Position numbers and translations under genes: made by a program. The notes below the pieces were generated by a model. It was not told where the DNA came from and did not search any database. It was given only the letters and a program-made list of their open reading frames with translations. This document shows positions 43,099 through 57,088 of a stretch of 64,000 bases of DNA, one piece after another (position 1 is the first letter of the stretch; every line of letters starts with the position of its first letter). This stretch comes from Macrostomum lignano (Eukaryota). The stretch is from contig NIVC01000434.1 of the NCBI GenBank assembly GCA_002269645.1, positions 310,001-374,000 of the forward strand, read 5' to 3'.

Positions 43099-44201
43099 TC
43101 TTAATACTAAAAGTGGTGCGATGTTTGTTTGTGTGTTGCAATTTTTCTCCTAAACTACTGGCAAGTCAGCGTTGAAACTTATATGGGAAAACTGCAAATT
43201 TTCCGGATTGGGTTTATAGCTATTTTAATCTTTCATTTTTACATTTTAAGATCCCTAAAAAAGCAGAAAACTGTTTTTTTAACCCTCAATAACCTTCTTT
43301 GGCCACTCTGCCTGGGGCTGCTGCCAGTTTGTAAAAATAGCCACCCCAACCTCCGCCCGCGGGCCGCCGTGTATTGAGGGGTGGTGGGTGCGCGTGTTCC
43401 GCGTTCAATGCAAATAACCCCCCCCCCCCGCGTGTTGGGGGGTTCAATTAAATTTAACGATTCCCCCGGAATGGGAGGGGGTTGGGCTTGGGCTGAGTGT
43501 ACATAGCAGTTGTACAGTGTAAGGAGATAGCTAGGACTGTGTCGAGATTTAATTGGTTTTATTATCGGCGGCATTCAATAGGCAGCCATGTGTATTTGCT
43601 GGGCAGTAAAATTTAATGAATAAACTTGCGAGCCTCTTTAGCAGGCTGTGAACGTACACTCGATACTTTAATGCTTTAAATCAGGAAATTTCAAGCGCTA
43701 ACTGTTCCTCGAGTTTTAAACTTTCAGAGGAGAGACTTATATTACTGGAAAGATCTTGCAATACTGAGTTCGGGGATATAAGTTATAAGATATAAGATAT
43801 AAGGATTTCCATGGAGTCCAGTTTCACGGAGAGGATTTCTGTTTCTCGGAGGGGATTTTGATGAATGTCAGTTTCACGGAGAGGATTTCCATGGAGTCCA
43901 GTTTCACGGAGAGGATTTCTGTTTCTCGGAGGGGATTTTGATGAATGTCAGTTTCACGGAGAGGATTTCCATGGAGTCCAGTTTCACGGAGAGGATTTCT
44001 ATTTCTCGGAGGGGATTTTGATGAATGTCAGTTTCACGGAGAGGTGTTTGATGGAGTTCTCTTTTACGGAGAAGATTTCGATGATGTTCAGTTTCGCGGA
44101 GAGGAGTTGGATGATGGGATTCAGGGAATGGCATTTCAGGGAATGGAGTACTGGTAATGGGAATTCTTCCCCTTTCTCCTCCAGAGGAGGAGTTGGCCTC
44201 G
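43099..44201 (+). mobile_element. Helitron-like family B, copy B4 (internally deleted near 43790, otherwise near-identical to B2)
   Basis: Sequence tracks B2 until ...GGATATAAGTT, then jumps to the CACGGAGAGGATTT repeats. Confidence 0.75.
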
Positions 44202-47200
44202 TATATACTAAAAATGAGTTGTCTGTGGGTATGCGATAGATTTCAGAAAAATTGGCTCAACCGATTTTCTTCAAACTTGCACCATTCGATCAGAAATTTT
44301 CCTGGGACGGTACATGCATCTTGGCTAAGAAATTGCTCAATGTTAAAGGGATTAAATATTCGAAAAACATGCTTTTTTGCAAAGGTCACGCAAAATTTTC
44401 GACTTGAGATGCATTGTAAGAATGCTAGAGAAAAAACTGACTGACTGAATTCCGATTGTGATAAAGATTGCATCACAACAAGTAGAAAACAGTGCCGAAG
44501 AAATGCACACACGACATGATTTAGATTGCGTAACCATATTGCTAACTTGAAGTGAGACTGATACTGGCTGACTGAGAAATTGATTATGTCATAACTTTTT
44601 ACTCCAATTGACCTGCTGTAAGAATTGAATTATAAGGGCCACAATTCATGTTCTCCAATTGAAAAGAGATAGCCCTGATGCGAACAGACTGGAATGCTAA
44701 TATAGCGACCTGGGTTCGAATCTTAGTAGTGCAAAAAGATTTTTTTATTAAAACACCTTAAAAACACAACAAAACTGCTAAACATCAAAGAAGCGCAATG
44801 TCAAACATAGAAGAGCCAACATATCGAACATAAAAGAGTTACCATGTCAAACATAGAAGAGCCACCATGTCAAACATAAAAGACCCACCATGTCAAACAT
44901 AAAAGAGCCACCATTTCGAACATTAAAGAGCCACCATTTCGAACATTAACGAGCCACCATTTTGAAAATTAAAGAGCCACCATGTCAAACAATTAGGAGC
45001 CACCATGTCAAACATTAAAGAGCCACCATGTCGAACATAAAAGAGCCACCATGTCGAACATAAAAGAGCCACCATGTCAAACATATATGTGACTTTATGT
45101 CAAACATTAAAGAGCCACCATGTCGAACGTTAAAGTGCCACCATGTGTAACATAAAAGAGCTACATCATGAAGAACATTAAAGAGCCACCATGTTAAACA
45201 TAAATCTGGCATGATGTCAAACATTAAAGTGCCACCATATTGAACATTAAAGAGCCACCATGTCTAACAGTAAAGAGCCACCATGTCGAACATTAAAGGG
45301 CCACCATGTAGAACATTAAAGAGCCACCATGTCGATCATTAAAGAGCCACCATGTCAAACATTAAATAACCACCATGTCGAACATTAAAGAACCACCATG
45401 TCGAACATTAAAGAGCCACCATGTCAAAAATAGAAGAGCCACCATGTCAAACATAGAAGAGCCACCATTTCTAACATTAAAGAGCCACCATGTCGAACAT
45501 TAAAGAGCCACCATGTCTAACATTAAAGAGCCACCATGTCTAACATTAAAGAGCCACCACGTCGAACATTAAAGTGCCACCATGTCAAACGTAAAAGAGT
45601 CACTATGTCGAACATTAAAGAGCTAGCATGTCAAACATTAAAGAGCCACCATGTGGAACATTAAAGAGCCACCATTTCGAACATGAAAGAGCCACCATTT
45701 CGAATATTAAAGAGCCACCATGAAGAAAATTAAAGAATCACCATATCGAACATAAAAGAGCCAGAATGTAGAATATTAAAGAGCCACTATGTCGAACATT
45801 AAAAAGCCACCGTGTCAAACACTAAAGAGCCACTATTTCGAACATTAAATAGCCACCATGTCAAACATAAAAGAGCCACCATGTCGAACATTAAAGAGCC
45901 ACCATGTAGAATATTAAAGAGCCACCATGTCAAACTTTAAAGAGCCACTATGTCAAACGTAAAAGTGACTTTATGTCAAACATATCAGTGACTTTATGTC
46001 AAACATATAGGTGTTTTTATGTCAAACATTAAAAAACCACCATTTCGAACATTAAAGAGCCACCATTTCGAACATTAAAGAGCCACCATGTCAAACATTT
46101 AGGAGCCACCATGTCAAACATAAAAGAGCAACCATGTCGAACATTAAAGAGCCACCATGTCGAACATTAAAGAGCCAGCATGTCAAACATTAAAGAGCAA
46201 CCATGACAAACATTAAAGAGCCACCATGTCAAACATTAAAGAGCCACCATGTCAAAAATTAAAGAGCCACTACGTCAAACATTAAAGAGCCACCATGTCG
46301 AACATTAAAGAGCCACTATGTCAAACATTAAAGAGCCATCATGTCAAACATTAAAGAGCCACCACGTCAAACATTAAAGAGCCACTATGTCAAACATTAA
46401 AGAGCCATCATGTCAAACATTAAAGAGCCACCACGTCAAACATTAAAGAGCCACCATGTCGAACATAAAAGAGCCACCATGTGAAACATACACGTGACTC
46501 AATCTCAAACAGTAAAGAGCCACTATGTCAAACATAAAAGAACTACCATGTCAGACATAAAAGAGCCACCATGTCAAATTTACAAAAGCCATCATGTCAA
46601 ACATAAAACAGCCACATATACGTGACTTAATGTCAAACCTTAAGGAGCCACCATGTCAAACATTAAAGAGCCACCATGTCGAACATTAAAGAGCCACCAT
46701 GTAAAATACAAAAGAGCTACCATGTAAAATATAAAAGAGCCATCATGTCAAACGTGTACGTGACTCAATGTCAAACATTAAAGAGCCACCATGTCGAACA
46801 TTAAAGAGCCACCATGTCAAACATAAAAGAGTCACCATGCCAAACATAAAAGAGCCACCATTTTAAACATATACGTGACTCCATGTCAAACATTAAAGCG
46901 CCATCATGTCAAACGTATACGTGACTCAATGTCAAACATTAAAGAGCCAAATGTCAAACAACTTAGCCACCATGTCAAACAAAGAAGAGACACCATGTCA
47001 AACATAAAAGAGCCACCATGGCGAACATTAAAGAGCCACCATGTCAAACATAGAAGAGACACCATGTCAAACATAAAGAGCCACCATGTAAAATATAAAA
47101 GAGCTACCATGTAAAATATAAAAGGGCCATCATGTCAAACATTTACGTGACTCAATGTCAAACATTAAAGAGCCACCATGTCGAACATTAAAGAGCCACC

Positions 47201-48167
47201 ATGTTAAACATAAAAGAGCCACCATGCCAAACATAAAAGAGCCACCATGTCAAACATATACGTGACTCCATGTCAAACATTAAAGCGCCATCATGTCAAA
47301 CATATATGTGACTGCATGTCAAACATAAAAGAGCCACCATGTCAAACAACTAAGCCACCATGTCAAACAAAGAAGAGACACCATGTCAAACATAGAAGAG
47401 CCATCATGTCAAACATAACAGAGACAACATTTCAAACGTAAAAGGGCCGCCATGGTAAACATAGAAGAGCCACTATGTCAACATTAAAGAGCCACCTTTT
47501 TAAACATAAAAGAGACACCGTTTCAAACATAAAAGAAGTTTCATGCCAAACAAAATTTAGCCACTATAAATCTAAGGAAATTGTTGCACTAGCTACTTTC
47601 TCTGGTGGATGCTTGCTATTTAAGGATGGATACTTGCTATCAAGGGGATGCTTGCTATCGGAAGGATGCTTGCTACTGGGGTAACTTGCTATTGGGAGAT
47701 GCTTGCTCTTGGGGGGTGGAGGGTACTTGCTATCTAAGAGGGGGCTGCTAGATATCTATAAGGTCTCTTTGTATCCAGGTTAATGCTTGCCATCCGGGGT
47801 TGCTTGCGGTCTGGGGGATGCTTGCTATCTGGAGGATGCTTGCTATCAGGGGTTGCTTGCAGTCTGGGGGATGCTTACTATCTGGGGTCTGGGGGATGCT
47901 TGCTATCTGGGGGATGCTTGCTATCTGGGGTTGCTTGCTATCGGGGAGATGCTTGCTATCTGGGGGATGCTTGCAGTCTGGAGGATTTCGCTATTTGGGG
48001 ATCGATGCTTGAATGCTTTCTGAGGATGCTTGCTGTCTTGGGATGTTTTGTTTTTAGAGGGAATGTCTGTTGTTTTTTATGAAGGCTTTATTTTGCTGTC
48101 TATTTGTTATTTGTAAAGAACAAGGATTCTATCCAGATGTCCCCCATCGGGGGGCGAAGATTGCTAG
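44202..48167 (+). mobile_element. Helitron-like family A, copy A3 (23-bp minisatellite 44785-47530)
   Basis: TATATACTAAAAATG head; 3' hairpin CCCCCATCGGGGGG + CGAAGATTGCTAG|T. Confidence 0.78.
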
Positions 48168-48691
48168 TATTTAACTATTTTTTGAGTAATCACTCTGAAG
48201 TCTGAGACTGTGGGTTCTGGCACGGCGTGTGCACTACAAGTAAGATGTCCAAAAGAAACATAATAAAAAAATAAATACTAAGAGTCTAACAAAGTAAATT
48301 ATACTTTTAGTATATAAGACGTATGCTTTAGAAAGAAACCTAATAAAGCTTAAAATTAAAGTCCTTTTAACAATAAGTGACAAGATAAATAAAACAGTAA
48401 TTATGCATATCGTTTTCTCTCTGACCGGTCATTTCGCAGAAATGACTTTTCGCCGAAATGACCATAACTCCTCCTACCGACCGACACTTGACAACTGGAC
48501 TGGACACCTATTATTACTTACTTCTGGCGAGGGCCACAGTCACAGACGCTGCGATTGCCTGCAAGGCTCCTATCACAGACATCCAAGGCAAACAGTTTTT
48601 TTCTCCAAAACTTTTCTTACAATCAATTTTGATTAATTTCAAAATCAAAAGTCCTAACCCTAGCCTAGTTAAGTTAAAATAAGTCCAGACC

Positions 48692-49369
48692 GGATTACAG
48701 TCGTTTCGGTGACAAGACGTTTCGGTGACAGTCCTTTCGGTGACAAGCAAAGCTAGTCATTTCGGTGACAAGAAAAATACAATTTTAGTTATAGCCATTC
48801 TGTTTTTAAACAGAAAATTACTTAGAAAATCTTAAGGGATATTGAGCCTAAAATTTTATATGTTTTGTATTTATTTTGTATTTTGTATTTTTTTTGTATT
48901 TTTGTATTTAATTTTGTTTATTTACAATTATAGAGTTGCGGTCTTTTGAATTATGTTTTCCAATTTAAACATGCAAAAGCGTCGACGAGTGATTATCTCC
49001 GCATTTCTAGTGGTCTGCATTTCATGAGGATTCTCTGTAGGTTTATGGTTTATGTGTCTGAATACTCTGGGACAATTTAAAACGATCTGCACAGGAAGAA
49101 AACAATATAATTAGTTTGCTTTCTTTTCTTAAATATATTCTTTTGACGAAAATTTTTAAATATATTACGAAACATAAATCTTAACAAAATAACTACAACC
49201 GAATATTATGAAACGCCTCTTATCACTAAAATAACAATACTCATGAAATCTTTGATTTTTCATTGAAAAAGAAGTGTGTCTATCACAATTGCAACTTGTC
49301 ACCGAAACGACTATTTGTCACCGAAACGTCTGTCACCGAAACGTCTTGTCACCGAAACGACTGGTACCC
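48692..49369. mobile_element. Mutator/foldback-like MITE, 678 bp
   Basis: Exact 9-bp TSD GTCCAGACC (48683-48691, 49370-49378); termini GGATTACAGTCGTTTCGG / CCGAAACGACTGGTACCC; inverted subterminal TTTCGGTGACA repeats. Confidence 0.85.
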
Positions 49370-50099
49370 GTCCAGACCTGCCCTTAGGTGGATCAGTCTA
49401 GCGAAAGTCCTGTAGGCCTAGAAGCCTAATAATTCAGCCTGGATGTTACTTTTAATTTTATGCAATTTGATTTTAATGATTTCTCAATTCGTTTGAAATT
49501 ATTTTTCTTCAACATGTTCAATTTTAAGCCAAAGCATGCTAGGGCGCTAGGCTAGGCCTATTTGCTATATTCTTTGTGCATAACCATCAAGCCATGCCCA
49601 GGTCAATAGGATGCTATCTGCATTAACAAATAGGCCTATGACAAAGATGTAGATTGTAGATGATAAATCCCATCGGCATCTTCTTTAAATGTAGGCCTAG
49701 GCTAGGCCTTTATTTATTGTTTTACAAATTAAAAGTAGGCCTACTATGATGAAATATATAACTACAAGTACAAGCTGTTAAAAGCCACAGATTTTAAACC
49801 TGTGGAATTCCAATCCCTATAACTATTTTTGCATATATTCTGAAATCTAAGGCCATAATCAAACAAAAACTTGTTAAAATTTTAAATTTTGTTAAAAATT
49901 TTAAACATAAAATGGAGTAAATTTATATAAAATTATTATTGGAGGCAAGTATTTATCTTGCTGGCTGGGGTGCTGCGGAGATTGTCGGGCAATGTCTATT
50001 ACTTTATTGACTCTAAAACATATATATATATATATTGGCAAACTTTGGCCTTTGCCTTTGACTCTCCCTATGTCTTTTGGATCCTTTGAAATTTCTATA

Positions 50100-50980
50100 T
50101 GTTACAGGGGTCTTGGGGGAGGGAAATTATCCTATTGCTGACACCAAATCTGTTGTGGGGGAATTTATGGGATTCTTGGGATTTCTGAAAGATATACTAG
50201 TTTTATTTCTAATAGGAGTAAGCCAATGGTTGCTCCTAGTGGCGTGAGTGTCCGAGCGGCAAGACACTGTCTATATATTAAAACTTCCAAGGGAGGGCTG
50301 CGCGGCAGATCAGAGTTGCCTGGGGAATTGTCGCATAATGGGATTTTCTAATGGCTAATAGGAAATGCTGACATGGGGAGGATATGCCTTAATAAGGAAT
50401 TAGATAAAGGCAGGGCGCCTAGGCAGATAGTGCGTCTAGATGGGGAGTTGGCAGATTGCCAGGTTACTCAGAGATCTGGGGAAGGGAGGCCACACGCCTG
50501 TCCAACTGATAAAGGAAAGGGGGGTTTGAAGTGTTACTCAGGAAGAGACTGTACGTTCTCTAGGGGGGGGGAGGGAGAAAGGTTGTACGCTTATAGCTGA
50601 ACAAGACCTCTCAGGGAAGGGGAAAGGCGGGCGCCTTCAAAGGAATAACTCATAGACGGATCTATTTTTAGAACAACTGTTCAATTTGGCCGAAGACAAA
50701 GCCTGTTACTAGAGGCGGCCACAGAAGTCTAGGCTCTCTACAGATTTACTTGCTCATATTTATAGTAACTTTAGCAAAAATGGCGGACAATTCATAACAA
50801 AACTTTAAAAATAGGAGGCACTATAAGCATATTTGAGACAGAAAAACGATAGTTAGGCTACTTTTTTTTAATGATCAAATAAATAGAAATATTTTGCTAA
50901 TAAAGGGATATATAATTTTCATAACGCATTTAACGAGTAATATACATAATATAAGCAATTATTACTATATCACTATATCA
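50100..50980 (-). repeat. 3' LTR
   Basis: Direct repeat of 58340-59215; roughly two dozen differences counted by eye; preceded on the minus strand by purine-rich AGGAAAG. Confidence 0.95.
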
Positions 50981-51295
50981 ACTGGCTTTCCTGAACGAAT
51001 TTTGCGAATATATTTATTAGTGAGACAAAATTATTAAAAACGCATTTACATGGATTACAGTAGTATGAAAAGAATAGTTGAATTTAATGCAGAGAATAAG
51101 TGGCACAAAATTTATCAGGTGAAGAATGCATGCTAAAAGAAAAAATGCAAAATTACAAAAGTTTACTACAAAATGATTCATGACTATAACATTTATTAGG
51201 CACAAAGATGTTAAAAAAATGACGTAATGGTTAGTTATTATTTCGCAAAAATAAATGTTCAAAATTGTCATGCAATATTATTGCTTATACTTCAG

Positions 51296-52198
51296 TTAAT
51301 TCCATCGGAACTCGCAAGGTAGACCATCCGGGTCGGGCCAGCCGCAGCTTTGGCCGATCCAGAGTACTTTAGTGGCCACGTTCTCGCAATTGTACTGACG
51401 ATTGCCACGGGACAAGTCTTGTAAAGCGTAGACGGTGGCGCGGCGCCAGGCAGCTATAGCTTGCGCCTGCTGCATGCGCAGCAGGTCTTCGAGGGCTGCC
51501 GAGACTTCCACCCTTTGGGGAAACATCCTTCCATCAAGGCGGAAGCAACCAACCTTCACTAGATAATGCTTCAGGATGACGATTTGCTGCCGGAATTGGG
51601 CACGGCGGAACTCAGGGAGACCTGATACGATTTGGTTGAAATCTCTGCCTAACTCTTGGAGTGGGAGCCTTCGTGGCTCTGCATTAGCCATCAGGGGCGG
51701 AACCTGTACGCGTAGATCGATTGGCATTGGGTTGGAGAGGCTGGGCCTCGCTTGGTGGGGCGGCCTGATGCCATACTAGGGCGGTGGCGTAACTAAAGGC
51801 TTCGCCAGAGATCTTGAACGCTCTCTGGGCTCTTGCTTGACAGTCTGATTTTCGCGTACTTGGCGCATGATGGGCGGTGCCTCACTCGGGGGTAGGACTT
51901 GGGCGGCGCGAGAGCCTGAAGGTTGACGGCGGACGATGTCGGCCGAAGGCTCCACAGGGGCGGCAGCTTGTTGCTCTAGTAGACGCTTGCGTTCTTGGGG
52001 CGAACTGCTGACTGGTTTAGCTGGCGGGCGAGTCACGACTGACGCAATCTTCTTAGGCTTAGCTCCAGGCTTATTGGGACGAGTTGGCTGACGCTCAGGA
52101 GGGCTGGGGTCATTCTCTTCCTCGTGATCGAACTCGCTAGCATTACTATCCGAGAGGGCAAGTTCTTCTAATCGTTGAAGCTCGTCTCCAGAGGTCAT
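51296..52198 (-). CDS. Gypsy accessory ORF3 (~300 aa, one in-frame TAG), unknown function, not env-like
   Basis: ORFs 52198-51776 and 51727-51296 are in the same frame, separated only by TAG at 51776-51778; lies between pol and the 3' LTR. Confidence 0.65.
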
Positions 52199-52514
52199 TT
52201 TAATCTTTTCGAATCAGATTAAATTGGGGAGTAAAAATCTTATAGATAGTTTGGGAAGGCTTGAGTCAAGCTAGCTGTTGAATTTGGTTGTGCAATCTCG
52301 ATTTCGAGTGTTTACTTATTGGTCCCTTTTGTTCTTGTTTTCTGGGATTCTTATTTTCGTAACCCACCTCATTTTCTGTCTTTTTTGGGGTCTAGTTTCG
52401 CTTTGGATCGATAATTTTAGGGGGTCTTTGTACATTAGCATTGTTCAATACGCGTTCTTCCTTTATCTAAAATTTGGGGTTCATTGTGCAATCGGGGACG
52501 GCGAGAGGGCTAAA

Positions 52515-55500
52515 ATTCGAGGTTACGCAACAAATTGAGGGCTTTCAATAGACGTTTCAGATGGCAGTCACATCTTTGTTTGGCTTGGGATGGGCGCCTC
52601 AGATTGTAGGGGTGGGTGTGCGCGGGCTCGGGATCTTGCGGGACAGGAGAGGGGGGTAGGGGTTGAGGGTCTTCTTCATTCAATGCTTCGTTTTCTGACT
52701 CATCGGTCTCTTCATTCTCTGTCTGAGCTTCAGACCATTCTTCAGCTATTTATCCTTCATTATTCTCTTCTCTTAGTTGGCATCGCCAATTGATTTCTTC
52801 TTCGTCAGATGACTCTTCAGATTCGATAGGGTTGGGCTGATTTAATTCTGGGATTTTCCAGCGGGGGTGGCTTTCCTTAATTGGGAGTTGTCTCTTCGGT
52901 TCAGTTGAAGTGGGGGTAGGGGCGGAAGTAGGGGCGGAAATAGGAATAGGAGCGGGGTTAGGGGCGGAAACATGAGCGGGAGCGCTCTCCTGGCTTTCCT
53001 TAGTAAAAAGTTCTGTGGTTGAATTGGGCACGGGCGTTAAATTGTCTCGGTGCACTAACATTTCTTTGCCAATTAATTTTCCATCTTCTTCCTTTTGAAC
53101 TTTAAAAACTACTTCAGAAATTTGAGCTATCACTCTAAATGCTGATCGCTTCTTTCTATGAAATTTGTGGGACTCTTCGGTGTCTAATTGGAGATTGTTA
53201 ATTAAAGCTAAACAGCCTATGGGGACTCTGGGGGGAAGTTTATTAGTTTCAGCGGCGATTTGTCTTTTCTCTGTCACTTTTTCTAATTTCCTCTTAACAA
53301 TTTTGCTAGCTTCTTCTAATCTTTCAGCATGTTTGGATATATAGGCGGGATAGTCGGCATGCTCTGCTGTACTTCGAATTTGAGTGTCTAAGGGTAGAGT
53401 AGCTTCTCTTCCAAATAGTAGAAAGTGCGGGGAAAATCCTGTTGTTGCATTTGGGCTGGTGCGAATGGCTACTAAGGCTGCGGGAATTAGTAAATCCCAA
53501 TCACCGTGATCCTTATTGATCAGGCAGGTGATGATCGATTTAACTTGCTTATTAAAGTGTTCTACTAATCCGTTAGATTGGGCATGATAGGGTGTAGTGA
53601 AGGTGTGGCGAATATTATATAATTCACAAAATGCCTTAAACTGTTTACTAGCAAAGGTTTTTCCTTTGTCCGTGTGAATCCACGTTGGCTGTCCATACTC
53701 TGCTACTATTCGTTCAAGTAGTATTTTAATGACTGTGTCTGATTTTTGATTTCTAATGGGAAAAGCAAAGGGATATCTAGTTGTGCTGTCAACAACTGTT
53801 AAAACATATTTGTGACCTCGTTTACTCTCTTTTGAGATTGGGCCAATAATGTCTATGTGCAGGTGGCTGAAAGCTTCGCCAATGGGGAACGATTGTATAG
53901 GAGCTTGCACAAAGTGGCCTTTCTTACTCTCGAGACAGGGGATGCACTCAGCAATCAATTGCTCAACTGAGGTACTCAATCCGGGTCGCCAAAATCTTTC
54001 TCTGATTCTTTGGAGTGTCTTATCCCTTCCTAGATGTCCTGCGAGGGGGCTGCAGTGTAGGTCAGTAAAGACTGCTTTGTCTAGGGATGGGGGCAAAACT
54101 ACTTTGTTCTTTCCATCTTCGGTGATTATTAATAATTCGTTATTGATTCTCATCAGTTCGAAATGTTTACTGATCTTTTCTGGCACGTCCGGTGTTTTGG
54201 GAAATTGGCTCAATTTCTGGGCTTTAGCTTCTAATAAAGCTTTAATGATGGGGTCAGCAACTTGGGCTTCTATAATCTGTTCTTTCTTCAGGGGGCTGGG
54301 AAGATAATCAGTTAATAGTTTCTCACACTTTCCTGTCTCCTTTTCTTCTTCTGCTTTTACTTCTCTACCTGAGACATTCAGCATTGTCCTAAATTCGGGA
54401 CATTCAGTCTGGGTCTCACTTTCTGTCAGGGCTTCAGGTGACTGGGACATGGGGTTGTCCTTAGTTTCAGCGGGAGCACTCTCATCTCTCAGGGGAACAG
54501 GGGTCAGCTTCTCAACTTTCTCAGGGGTTGGCTCAGTTTTCTCAGGAATTACTTCAGATACTTCAGGGGCTTCAGCTATCTCAGCTGGTCTTCTCGACAA
54601 TCCGTCGGCATTGGAATGCTTTGCGCCGCTTCTGTGTTCAATGTCGAACCTGAATTCGTTCAGACGCTCTATCCATCTACCTAGGATTCCGGTTGCTTCT
54701 GTCTGTCTCATGAGCCAAATTATCGCTTTATGATCAGTTCGGGCTAAGAATTTCTTGCCGATCAGATAAAATCTGAAATGCCTCATAGCGTCGACAAGGG
54801 CTAACAATTCTTTCCGTGTAATGGGGTATCTCTTCTCTGATTCCTTCATTGCTCTACTAAAGTAGGCTATTGGTCGCTCTATGCCATCACTCTGGATTTG
54901 GCCAAGGCATGCGCCAATCCTGTCGTCACTGGCATCTGTGTGGAGCACCATTTTCACATTTTCATCTTCGACATATTTGGGGTAGGCTAACACTTCAGTA
55001 GACATCATTCGCTGCTTCAGGGACTCAAAGGCTTCATCATGCACTTTGTTCCATTTAGATTGGAAATTCTGGACTCCTTTTCGAGTCAATTGGAATAGGG
55101 GGTGAGCCACTTCGGCATAATTTTTCACAAATTGGCAATAATAATTGCATAGGCCAAGAAAACTGCGGAGTTCTTTTATGTCTTTGGGATGGGGCCAAGT
55201 TTGGATTGCTTCAATCTTCGTCTTGTCTGTTTGAATGCCTTGGCGGCCAATCACGTGTCCTAGATATTTTAACTCGTGATGGAAAAGGTTGCACTTTTTT
55301 TGGTCTCAACTTCAGACCTGCGGCAATTAGTCGCTTAAATACTTCTCTTAAGTGCTCTAAATGGTCGGCAAAAGTTTAGGAGTAGGCTATTATGTCGTCT
55401 ATATAAGACATGGCGAATTTATGTTGGATTCCTAATAGGACTAAATTCATTAGGCGTTAGAAGGTTCCGGGGGCATTGGAAAGTCCTTGGGCCATTACTT

Positions 55501-55915
55501 GGTATTCAAATTGGTCTCTAGTTAGGGTGGAGAATGCGGTTCGATGTTTATCTTCCTCTTTGATGGGGACTTGCCAGTATCCTGAGTTTAAATCAAGGCT
55601 GCTAAAGTATTGGCTACCAGTTAGGTGGGAGAAGGTCTCTTGAATATTAGGGAGGGGGTAGGGGTAGTAATTAACTCTTGAGTTGAGCACTCGGAAATTG
55701 CTCACGATTCTAATAGAACCATCTTTCTTGGGGACAATTACTAGGGGAGTGGAGTAGGTTGAATAGCAGGGTCTAATTAGGTTTTTGGCTAACATATCGT
55801 CTAATTGGGCGTCAACTTGCTTTTGCAAGTGTGGGGGGATGCGTCTGGCTGGGATTCTAACGGGGGTGGGGTCTTTGATGGAGATTTCGTGGGTTACTAA
55901 GTGTATCAGGCCCAT
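52515..55915 (-). pseudogene. Gypsy pol: RT (YIDD), RNase H, integrase (HHCC, D,D-35-E); frameshift/stops
   Basis: SSLDLNSGYWQV, MAQGLSNAPGTF, YIDD near 55400, HTDASD, ELLAL, GHLG...C..C, HIDIIGP, HTDKG, SNGLVE. Confidence 0.95.
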
Positions 55916-55921
55916 GTCTAA

Positions 55922-57088
55922 TTAATTCTGGGAAAAAGCTTCACGGTTTTCTTTTATTAAGTCGATGACTGCTTTTCGCTGTTCATCTGACAGTTCAGGG
56001 CCAAGACTCACTTCATTAATCCATGAATCTTCAGTACATTGAGTCTGGTTGACTCTCGCAGGGGGTTGGGGGTTGGGAGTTGGGGTTTGCCAATAGGTTA
56101 AGTCTTTAGCTTTCATGGGTCTGGCTAGGCCAATTAGGGAAGTTTTGGTTAGGTTCACATCTACTGGGTGACGGTTAATAATTTCAACAATTCCTTTGCC
56201 TTCTTTCATGGTTACTAAGGTCGGAACCATTTCTAATGAGAAATCACAGGTTCGAATAGTATCGCCAATGGCTTCAATGGTCATGGGAGTGCCATAATTC
56301 GATTCACAATTTTTGGCTAATTTCACGGGTATTCGGAGAGCACTATTAGCTGGGATGATTGTTCTTTCTTGAGTATAGACTCGGCAAACTTTCACGGGTA
56401 GGTGGGTATACTGCATGGGTATACAGGTACCTTCATTAAGCACTAGCATTCCTTTGGCTAGCTGAATGCTTTCGCATTGGGATAGGAAAAATTCCATACC
56501 TAGAATATTGTCACAGTCATGTCGGCATAGGAGAAAATCAACTTCGATTTGGATATCGCCAAACTTCACTTGGGCGGATACTTCTCCTTCTAATTGGACT
56601 GGGGTACCGTCAAATGTACTAATGCTTTTGCTAGTGTCTCGGATTTGATCAGTACGGAATAGCTTAGACCAGGTTGAGCGGCTCAGGAAATTATTTCTGG
56701 CGCCTGTGTCTAGCAAGAAATCAATCGATTCTTTCTGGATATCGCCAACTATTACAGCTTCATAGCCTTCTAGCTTGGTCAGGTCGATTCGGGATGGGGA
56801 ATTGGGTTTTGGCTTTCGTCGCTTCCTTGAGCGGGTTTCAGCACTGAATAAAGCATTATTGGTTTTAATCGCATGGGATACATGGGGTGCAAGCGCAGTG
56901 GGTACACGGGGTGCGGATGCATGATGTACATGAGCTTTGGTCGCATTGGTTACATGAGAGGCAGTCGCATTAGGGGAATTGTATACATGGGGGTCATGGG
57001 GGGCATTTGGCATGGCATCGTCGGCATCATCAAAGGCAAGAAGTGAAAAATTATTGGGGGAGATAGATATCGCATTATTCACAGGCAT
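55922..57088 (-). pseudogene. Gypsy aspartic protease region
   Basis: FLLDTGARNNFLS...ILGMEF retropepsin motifs. Confidence 0.9.

Noticed and set aside
35285-47530. CRISPR-like appearance of the 23-24-bp arrays
   Set aside because: Contiguous tandem units without unique spacers, no cas genes, eukaryotic context.
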